Of a DNA stretch of 64,000 nucleotides, positions 1-11,400 are shown in pieces. The translations under genes were made by a program, and so were the position numbers. The notes below the pieces were generated by a model. It saw only the letters and a list, made by a program, of their open reading frames with translations. It did not search any database and had not been told where the DNA came from. The first letter of the stretch is position 1; every line of letters starts with the position of its first letter. Origin of the DNA: Tubiluchus corallicola (Eukaryota; Animalia; Priapulida); contig JAQGDQ010000777.1 of NCBI GenBank assembly GCA_030141605.1, forward strand, positions 1 to 64,000. The letters are read 5' to 3'.

Positions 1-249
1 TGGTGAAGAACTCAAAATATGGACATATGGACCAAATTTTGGAATGGAGAAACAAAATCGAAGTACGCATAATGTATCATGTGCATCAAATATGCTAAGC
101 CAAGAACCAAGCAGTTTTAACTGATGTATTTTTTTCCCAAAAACAGACACCAAGGCATCATCCCTTAAAGGGGTACCTAGCAGAGTTGCTTTGTCAGGAC
201 ACACTATTTTTATTCCTGGAAGAATATCTTGTATTGAGGAAATTTTCAA
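1..249 (-). mobile_element. Degenerate non-LTR retrotransposon RT fragment, CRE-like (mirror 47908-48156 +)
   Basis: Translation LLGTPL...KL..L...DAHDTLCVLRFCFSIPKF...ILSSSP resembles the post-RT region of CRE-clade elements. Recognised from memory. Confidence 0.5.
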
Positions 250-2454
250 AAGTAGTTACAACTGGACTAGCCCGTGATTATTAGACTTACACATTGTAGT
301 AGTAAACTGCTTAAATATAAACTCGTGTCAACTGTTACCCAATATTTTGTCATTATTTAATATTTCGAAAGTTACATAATTAATATGCTTTATAATGTTT
401 TATAACTTTACGTATAACGCGCGGCGACATGTGCTCGTTTACTCAAAAAAGCTGAAGTTGAAAATACGTTATTGAAATTACTTCGGTTTTCCTCTACAAC
501 TACATAAATCGTAAGGCAACTTGTGCAGCTTTTATTCTACTACTCCAGTTTACCGATATGTAGCTGCTTCCGGGCAGATGTATAAAAACAGCTCACGTGC
601 AAAAAATGATAGGAGGAGAAACGAAACCGGTTTCAGAGAGAAAACAATTAATGTACAGAGAGATATGTTACCTCGGAAGAGGCAGATATGTTGTACCCAA
701 GATTGATCCCGACAAGGCGTCAATTAAGCCAAAAATGTATATAGACACTATTAGACAGTATTTTGATTCTTTTTGTTACGCTACATCTGTGTGAATATAT
801 AATACAATAATTATTATAGACATTTTTCAGTATGAAAGTGTTCATAATAAAAATTTTACAATAGTTTATAGCACACAGATCTACAGAATAACAGGCATTA
901 TAAAGAATTGCATCAATTTGCACCCACGTGTTTTGAGAATGCATTAAAATAAATCAAATACCGTCATAAAGCAATCAGTTTCATAACATGTTGTTTATGT
1001 ATAAGCATCTGAAACTCACACATCTAAATTCAGAGGTACAGCACCTGGTTTTTGGCCAAAGCATTTCTGAAATCCTGACACTACAGCCCATTTTACAAGA
1101 GATAACTATCACAATGACAATATACTTTCTGTAAGTTGTAACGCATTGTAAGTTTACTCATCGATGAAAAATTTAATTTGACTTAGACTGTAACTTACCT
1201 ATCTTATTCAATTGTAACTTATCTATTCGCAGTTCGCACATTGCTCATTACACATTGTGGTATGAATGCTCATGTGCATAAGAAGACTACCTCACTGAGA
1301 AAATGATTTGTCACATAAGTTGCATTTGTGGAGTTTTCATTACATGATAAGTATAATAGTATCAGCCTGGCCTTTATTTTTGATACAGTGTCGTTATAAC
1401 ATAATATGGGTCACTTTTATTGACCTAGTTTCACATGATGTTCCTTGGGAATGCTGTGACTATGTATTGTCTCTAGCAGCAGCCTGTCATACATGTCATT
1501 TCTTATTCCCCGCTCAAGTGCCTGTCTTCAAGATATATCCACACTGTCTTTTTACAACATACATCAACAACCTGAATTCTTCTCTTAGTCATGCCACCTT
1601 CTAGGATGAGTTTGAGCAACTATTATTAAGTGCAACATATACTTTCCCAACACCTTCTTTACATAATTTATACCAAACTTTTACTCCAAAATAAAAGACC
1701 TGACATACTAGACTGAAGTACTGTGCATAATCTTTGTAAAACCACTTTTTGTTAGTAGCTTGAAAACTTGTTCGAAAATCTTGCAAACTAAATTCAAATT
1801 CGATTTGAATTCGAAATCTTGAAATTCAGTTCAGCTCGATGGTAGAGAATGCTCACCCCTCACAGTTACAGCTATAAAATAGAAATTTAATTGTTTTAAC
1901 TTGGCCCTTTGCCATATGTATATAGTGTACTGGACCTGATATTAGCACATGCAGCGACTATAATCTCTGGCTGGCAGCAAGTTGTTTTATTGTTCTAGTT
2001 GTTTCATCGTAAGCCTGCATGAGTAGAATAGATAAAGCAGGGCTGAATAAAACCGAACCTTTCAGTTTTCAACGTATACATTTTTGAATGCAAAGGCTTT
2101 GTGTCATGAATGTGCTGTAGAAAGTTGTAGTTTTGCTAACTCATTTTGTTCTTTTGTTTTCGGTGAGCAATTTGTTTCTGTATTTAATTTTAAAGTTAAA
2201 AATTTGGCGTTACCGTGAAAGTAAACATTCTTTTTGGTTGTTAATTTACGTTGCTAACAATCTATTGTTAATTGAAATTCGTCTGTTTTATACGTTAGTT
2301 TCATGAAGAAACCCGTGATAGGCTCCAGCACGAACGTGTCGGTAGCTTAGGGAACCCCAGACTGCAAAGAACTTACCATACATTTAGCAAAATACCTCTC
2401 GTGCGTGAAGTTCGTCCTACGCTGGCCGTTGCTGAGCTGGGCAGAAAGCGAAGC

Positions 2455-5400
2455 ATGGAAAAGGCCAGTTTGGACGCCGGCGACGACGAATCTCTGTTGA
2501 AATCCAGCAAGAAGGAAGTCGAGAAAGAGAAGCCGGAAAATGACGAAGATGACGGTAAATGCTTTCTTGGCACTTTATTAGAATCCAGGTCCCAGTCGAT
2601 TTTCGCCGAGTGATCACCTATTCGATATGATTGTTCATCACATTATGACGATCCACACTACTCTTACGATTGCTCATCAATACTTTGTGTATAGAATTAT
2701 GCAAAAATACACAATATTATTTATTTAATAATTGAGATAATGCTGAACTTAACTTTGTTCAGGCGAAATCCTAGTTCATCTGACTGAATAAATCAATTGT
2801 TTGCTCAAATGACCTAAAATTACTTGATATATATATAGACATATTTTGTTATACATAACTTGGGTTAAATATCAATTTTTCGTTTTTTTATAACATATTC
2901 TAAACTTATTGGACGTTAATATTCTATTATTTCATTAACTTATTCACCACTGGTGAAACTCAGGCACTGGCCAATCATTGTATCGTAAGAGCACTGTTTG
3001 TCATAATGCGCCATTGAATTCTAATAGAGTGCCGCTTTATTTACTTTTGGGTTGTTGATTACATTTAGTGAATTAGTACTTACTCGCCTGATTCTCACGT
3101 GTAACAGCGTGCAGAATCCCCGTGTGTTTTTTTCATTTTTTCACCTTTTTATGGCTAACGCGAGAATATTATTTGACATTTTTATGGAAGTTCAGAGCGC
3201 TGAGCAGAGTTCAGAGGCAACCATACGTTGTGGGGTGAAGAGGCTGTCACAGGCAATACAACATCAATCAGGCAATAGAATTAATACTTTTATACTATAT
3301 TTTATACGTTTGCTCGAGCAAGCCGCACCAGTGCTCTTAAACAACAGGGCTTCACTATGATGTGGCATCATGCTTAGACTTGGTGGCTAAACATTTTTAT
3401 GAAGCTGTGCTTTTCTGTAATTTTAGTGATAGCAATGAGTTTATTGATGAATACAATACAATACAATGCAATACACTACAGTGCAATGCAATACGTTGTT
3501 GGCATCCTTCTGTCTCGGAAAACAATGGAGTGTGCGCCAAGGGAGTCAGTTATTGATCACATTGATGGAGCTGCAGCATCGACTGTGGTTGAGCAATCCG
3601 ATCCTTGAACCACTGAAGTGGCCTCTCCAGCGCGCACACCTGGGCAAGGTGTATGGAGATCCTGAGTTGCCCAGACAACAGGAACCCCCTCTCTTCCTCC
3701 CTGGTGTAGTACAGAGGAAAGCGGAGCGATACGTTTGGCACCAGGTTGGCTGCAGGAGCTGCCGGAGTCATTGAGCATGCTGCACTGGTCCGACTTCGGG
3801 GCTCCACTCCTGAATTGGAAGGTTTACTCCTCTACACACTTGACCTCCTCTGCCCTCTAGCCGTTGGCTGCTTGTGCAGCTCCTCCGCCTAGTGTCGAGA
3901 TACAGTGTGGGCATCCCGCAGGCCTATAGCACCTGGTATTCCTAGATAGGTGCTATAGATAGGTGGTACACCCATCTAAGTACTAACCAGGCTCTAAGTT
4001 GCTTAACTTTGGTGATCAGACGAGAGCCGGTGTTTTCAACGTGATATGGCCGTAGATAATGCAATACAGCACAACACAAAATATTATTACTCATTATAAC
4101 AATATTATGCTTTTGATTTTACTGACTATGAATCTAAGCCACATAAACCATTTGTTTTCCACTGATTATCATCGTTTAATCATAGTATGCCAAGTCAATG
4201 GAAACTTGTGATTTTCTTACAACGTCGTGTCTTTGGTATTTTGGCTTAGAGCAAAACCGGACCCAATCTTAAACTGCGAGACAAAACAACCTACTCTTCA
4301 AAATATTAAAAGGAAATTGACTATTTTTTTTCAAAAATGACTCACGTGAAAGAATTATTATCACATAAACACAATTTCGCATTTGCGCCACTAGTTCTTC
4401 GCTGTTGCATGCATTTCTCCATTTGCTGGTTAGACGGGCACTAGCGCCAGCATTTCAGAAATGCATGATGCAAAAAAACAGGTGCTATGCGTTTCAGTTG
4501 AGATGTGTTAGTTTGTGACGAACTGCACATGCTCGAAAGGTCATGCGTGAGTGCAACAGTAAATTTGGATTTCTATCTTAAAACTTACCCAGTTTTAGTA
4601 CAACACACTGAATCTTTTACAGTAGCGCTGTACTTCAATTTTCTCCATCACAAACAAGCACAAGATGCTCGCGGAATATTTTTGCTGTTGAAAATTATGT
4701 TCATTTGTGATATCAAAAGCACTTTTGCAGTATTAATTGCGTTAAAATGTACACTTTTTATCGGACTTGAAAATGAAGTAGTATATGAAAAATCAACTTG
4801 TCTTCCCTTATTTTTTTTAATAGTAAAAATGCTTATTGGTGGTTAGTAGATAGTAAGTCGAAAAGCTAATTAATGTTCTGTGTCTGTTAAAGCTAATTTG
4901 ATTTATTTGCGTAATTATTTACTATTTGTTTTTGTTATTTATCATAAAGGTTATTTATTTGTGTAGTTGCTTACTATTTGTTTGTTTGTTTGTGTTAGAT
5001 GAACTGATCATAAAGGTTATTTATTTGTGTAGTTTTTTACTATTTGTTTATTTGTTTGTGTTAGATGAACTGCTCTGTGGTTGGAATCAGAGTGACTCGC
5101 GCGTGATCATCAAGGTTGAGATTGGCGCCGGGCTTGAAAACAAGGACATAGAGGCTACCATCTTAGCTAACTCTTGCAAGCTAAAACTAAAAGGTTTGAC
5201 GTGTCTCCTCTCTGTCTATCTATCTGCCTGTCTGTCTATTTTTATGCTTTGAAGCATTTTAAAAAAGAACTGAATTTCTGCAAAATAATGTAATTGACAC
5301 TTATAGTTTATTGTATAAGGAAAGTCATGTGACCTTGACACACTTATAATTTATTGGACAAAGAAAGTCATGTGACCTTGAGGTGCATTTATAATTTATT

Positions 5401-8400
5401 GGATAAGGAAAATCATTTGACCTTGACACACTTATAATTTATTGGACGAAGAAAGACATGTGAGCTTGACACGTACGAATTGCAAACACCTTATTCCTTT
5501 GTTTGGCATCTAAGTTGGTACATTAGACTCATATCACTTGTCACTACCCTTCTGTTCATTGTATTTTATCCATTATAGATGGGCGCACATGGAGCTGTAG
5601 CCTTTACGCGTATATAGAACCGGACAGCAGCAGTGGACAGTACGAAGGCTCCTCTTTTACGTTCTGCTTGGAGAAAGGAGCTGAGGAAGAATGGCCCCAA
5701 CTTGAGGTTGTGTAAATTTGTAGGCTGGATAAAGTAGCTTTTCTCATTAATTTTGTTTTAGCCACTATGTGCTAGAATCAGGGATGAGAATTTTCCGCGG
5801 AATTCCGAGTTTTTGGAAGACCAGTAGTGTCATTATTGTAAATCGCATAAATTTGTTGAGAAAATTTTTACGGACCCAGTACATTATTTCACAAGCTGAC
5901 CACTAGTTGGCAGGCCGTCACTTTGTTTACATCCCATACATCAGTGTAACCACGTGTTTATCTCTATGTATAAAAATATAGAATCAATTGTGCGGAGTTA
6001 TTTGAGTCAATTGCAGACAGTTTTTATATACTTTTGCATAGGAGCGGCCAGTACTTAAGCGTTTTTCAGACAATTGGGTATTTGGGTATTTGAAATCATG
6101 CATGAAACAAGGTAATTGATATTTTAAGTCCACTTAGAAGTTCTCTGTGGTCACAAAATTGCAATTTGTTGCTGCCTACGCAGTCCCCAAACCCCCGGGC
6201 TGCTTCAGAGTTTTTTGCAATTTGTCAATCTCATCCATGGTGAATTACAGCACTGTGTTGGAATAGTCAGTTTTTGTACACTCGTATCTTGGTTTGCTGA
6301 ACTTCGCTTTTATTGATATGAAATCCCGCATACTACGATCACAATCCATTTGAAAATTGTGTCGCTATATTTGTGTGGTTTTCTGAGCTTTTGTGCACTG
6401 GTGTGGCTCCATCTCTTGGCGAGGTTTTTAATGATTCTGAACTTATTTGAATGTGGTAACGAGGCTCTTTTGTTAAATAACACATGGTGGTTTGGAGTGC
6501 TTTAAATTATATCGAAAATATGCAAAAAACTAAACTCATAACTCAGTTTGCCGGACCTCGCTTTTACGGATATCGGACAAAATCTTGACCGTGTAAAGTC
6601 CTGTATACTTACGGACACAGTCCATTGCTTCGCGAGCTGACTGCTAGTTGGCAGGCCTTCACTTTGTTTGCATCATTACATTAGTGTAACTAAACACTAT
6701 GTGTTGACACATGCGTTGCTTGTATGCTTCTTTTTCTTTTTTCTCCTCATCTCCTAAGTAATTGTTGCTCTTTCTCATGCTTACTTTTTCGCATAAATTT
6801 TTCTATATTACACTTTTTTGATGCTTATTTTTCTTTCCATACTCTCAGTTTTTAACTTTACTCACTAACCTGGGTCAAATTCGCCTGTTAATAAGACCCC
6901 ATTTTAAACTACTACATATAATAATCCTAATTGCTGAATAATTATATTGTTTTGTTTAGATTTAGGTATCTAACTTTATTATTTTTTGTTTTTAGTTTTT
7001 TTTTGAAAATTTGTACTGTTTTTTTCTTATTTGTTTTTGTTATCTGCAGCATCACCGTTAATTTTTAATATACTAATCTATTTGTAAGAAAGGACAGGAG
7101 ACTAGATGACCCTATGGTCCTTCCCTGCCCTGCTCCATGATTATAATTACTTAATATTTAAAAAACTTTTGATGTTAAACTAATTGGAGAAAATAAATGT
7201 TCTATGTCTATGTCTAGCATCACGCAGTACTAATAGCTGATAGGTAATAGCAGAAATCTTAGTTTAAGCATGTTTAAGTGGTTTAATCAGAGTGTGTATT
7301 AGAGTCAGTGTTTAGAGTCAATTATGTGGAGTTATGTGAGTCAAATGCAGACAGTTTTTATGTACCTTTGCATAAGAGCAGCCCGTACCAGATTGATTGT
7401 ACATCACCATGAGTCTAATACACGACGACTACTGTATTAACTCTGTATCGGATATTTACGAACATTTGGCAAGTTCGGACCGACGGTCTCCCCCCTTTTT
7501 GTCGTGCAAACCGAGATACAAGTGTAATTATGTAAGCTTTAGGCTGAGTTTTGCTGCCCCTGACGGGATTCATCAATGTCAGTTTCTATAGTTCCTGTCA
7601 TTTCATACAGTTACCGTCACACCTCTCTTTCCATTTTCTTCCAACTTTTTTGTTCTGTTCCTTTACTTCTTTTTCTTTTTCTGAATTCACAATCATATGA
7701 GGTGCTCACAACAAGTAATTACTTCCTAAAGCAAAACCAGACCCAACTGTAACTCAAACCAATCTACTCTTTACATCATTGAAAGGAAACACACTATTTT
7801 TCAAAAATCACTTACGTGGAACAGTTATTATCACACAAACACAATTTCTCGTTCACGCCACTAGTTCTTCTCTATTACATGCATTTTGCTATTCGCTAGT
7901 TAGACGGGCACTAGTGCCTGCATTTCGAAAACACATAGCACAAAAACAGGTACTGTACTTCTCAGTTCAGATGTGTTTCTGACAAACTACACACGTTCAA
8001 CAGCTCATGCGTAAACACAGCGGTAAATTTGAAATTTGAATTTTTATCTTAAAACTTGCCTAGTTTTAGTTCAACACACTGAATACCTTACAGTAGCTTT
8101 GTACTTGTAGCAAACATGTGCAAATACGCTCAGAATATTTTCGCTGTTGAAAATTATGTTAGTTTGTGATGTCATCAATAGTTGGACTCGATGTATAATG
8201 GCATTTAGTATAGCTAAATTCAGCCTCATGTGCCAAAGGTCTTAACTCTTTATGATATATGCAAAAGAAATTGGCTCTTCTGTTCTCTTGTGCTGTTTTG
8301 ACTTGTGACATTAGCAAATGGTTTCCAATTTCTTGCAAAAAGAATATGTCTTTACACCAGACGGTTTAGTCTAGTGTTAATGCGTCTGCTTTCCGTCTGG

Positions 8401-11400
8401 GAGGTCGTGAGTTCGAACCAGTGGCCAGGTCATACCAAAGTTTTTAAAAATGGTACCTGCTGTTGCCCCGCCTGACGCGTGGTATTTAGGGTAAAAGTGG
8501 GGTAATAATAGCCTCAGTTATGTAGTTGTAGGTTGTTATTTACAGTCGGCGATAATAGCTCTTTGAGCTAATGTTAATTGTTGACCCAAAACATAACTTT
8601 AAATAAAGTTATTATTATTATTATAAGTCTGTAGTTCTACATAGACAGACACAATAGCTTTTCTGCCGTGGTAAGGCAGCCAGTGAAGAGACAAGTTGTC
8701 ATGGCAAAACCAATTCTCATCGAATTCTAAACGTTTACTGAAAGGCAAGTTCACACTAGTTCGTGTCAAATACTAATTGCTTTCGTTTCTTTTTTTGCTG
8801 GTTTTTAGGAGGATGAGGCAGCCAAAAACCTTTACGTGATAAACCACGTCAAGCACAACTTCTACGAAAAGGTGCGTAACGCTAAAGCAATTCTGTAACG
8901 TAACGCTTGCAGCCATATCATGATGTAGTAGCGTATGCCTGTGACGCCTGTATAGCTACTGCTAGGTTACAGATGGTAATATGTGTTGTTCCTTATGAAT
9001 GAATGATCCTCATGAAATGGAGATTCAGGATATGTGAATAACTGGAATTGCTACCTTATCGACGATTTTGCTACGCAAACACACATTTACTGTTGTATTG
9101 AATTTCAACTTTGGTTAATTGATGTAATGCGTAATTTCAAAGCTACGCGCGGTTCAGTGGATCTACTAAGATTGGCAGCGGCGCCTTTTTGTCACATTCG
9201 CATGGCCGACAAATAGAAGGCGGTACCGTGATAACCATGATCATGAACTGCAGTGTTAGTTTCTGATGTCATATGATGTAGAGCCCATTTTAGTGACATC
9301 ACGCATTTAAGCAGTAACACTTACACAAATGAGCTTGGCGCGCAGGGGAAGACGTCTGCCATTGCACAAACTGTGGCTAGTTTCTGACGTAAGCAATACC
9401 CGTGTTCGGTTGCCATTAATTAACTTTTTAAGCTAATTATTTAAATATAAGAAACAACAAGAAAATGTATATTTTGAACGATTAATTAGAGTAAGATTGA
9501 GTCTACTCATTGGTTCGATTTTCCTTAAGAAAATGACCATATTATCAGTGCCTGCTGTAATGTTTTATTTCGACATATGATGTAATTACGTTTTTGTTTT
9601 GTAGCAAACTGACATGATGGTGAACATGTACGTGAAATGCATCGATCCTGCCAGTCTAATTGTTGAGTTTGAGCAGCAATCCTTCCATGTTCTTTTTTCC
9701 ACAAAGTAAGTAATAATAAGTACACTCGTATCTCGGTTTGGTGGACAAAAGCGGGGAGACCGTCGGTCTGAATTTCCTGATTGTCCGTATTTGCCGATGC
9801 TAAGCTAATGCAGTAGACGTGTATTGGACTCACGGTAACGTAGAATGTGCCGAATTTTTTATTTGCATTTCTATTTTTGAAGGGATTCAAAGTTTTTGGC
9901 TCTGCACCCCCGTGCTAACAGTGACACTGTGTTCTCCTGGACGGTGAAACTTCGCGATCAGATCTACCCGGAAGAGTGCAAGTGGAAGATAACGAACTCG
10001 ATGATAGAGATTCAGCTGAAGAAGAAGGATGGTCGACACTGGCCGGCGCTGGAGGCGGCCACGCATTGTAAGTGCATTTAACAGTGAAACGTGAGTTTAA
10101 TCGCGTCTGTATGCTTGTATGTCTTTCCACATAATGAAATGAAATTGTAATCACCAAATTTGAAGCAAAACCTGGAAATTTATTGCTTTCGCCGCAAACG
10201 GTCAGAACTTGTTCATAGGTAACGTAAAACTCTGGCATTTAGGCACTTTAGGCGACTGATAAAGACAGAAGACTCGTGCTTTCTTTTCCAGTGGCGGCTC
10301 ATACTCATGTAGACATACACATTACACACAGGGAAAATAAACATGCTAGGGAAAACCCAGATCAACAGGTCTGTACACAGATACACAAAAACCAAATATA
10401 AGGTACTCAGATGTAAGGGATGATATCTTCAGGCCCAGCGTAATAGAAACCCAGGTAAATTACCTCGCACATAAGGGACCCGATGATCAAAACGAAATTG
10501 ATCGATTTTTAACCTCAATTTTTTTCAAACTCGGCCTTCAAACAGCTCGGTTTCCGCCGTCACATACATCTCACATCACTGAAGGAGCTTCCTACATACC
10601 GTTAGCACTAAATATGTAGCAATAATCCATAAAAATATACGTAAAAGTACAGAAAAGTACAGGTCTAGATACAACCTCGGTCTGACTCAACTCGATTATA
10701 AGGGACATCGGATCTAAGGGACGGTTTTTCCGGTGCGGAGGTGTCCCTTATATCCGAGGTTGACTGTACTGCAAATCTTAACGACTTTGTTCAGAAATCA
10801 TGTATTGACATCATGACATACTATATCGAGGAAAACAGAGAGAAAAACTTTTAAGAGGCAACATGGCAGTATCTAGGCCTATGTAAGTATCTGTATCAGC
10901 TGATACAAGCTGGCTGAGTTCAAACACGAGCCACCCAACATTCAGAATTGAATTTAATGAAACATGAATTCCATAAAGACATACACATTGTACACAGAGA
11001 AAATAATCACACTGGAGAAAAAACCCAATCAGTAAGCATATACGCAAAAACTAGTGGAGGCGCATACTATTGAACTGCAGCGCCCCCTGTTTTCACTCTA
11101 TATTATTGATAATATTCAATATAATAAGTCTTTTTTCTTTAGTTCTTTCTTTATACGTGTACTTAACCGGAGCATGTGAGGGTAGAACTGTTTGCTTTGC
11201 AGCCCAACACAGTGCGCTCCGGCAACGCGGTGTTTTGCAATTTTGCGTATGCGGTCATGTGCACATGTTTGAGCCCAGGTAGAGAAAGTACTGTCGCTCA
11301 CACAGTTTGTTGTCAGTTGTCACGTGTCTACCGTGAAAGGTTCAAGCTTGACTATGACAATTTAGGCTATTAATAAGCATAAAACATTTTTTGTTTAGGA

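Noticed and set aside
3362-3807. Short overlapping ORFs, repeated at 15418-15983 and in the mirror arm
   Set aside because: They are translations of the non-coding SINE/RTE-like repeat body and have no protein motifs.
3922-4057. Functional 5S rRNA gene
   Set aside because: It has an internal insertion, substitutions and no T-run terminator, and it lies within a TSD-flanked insert.
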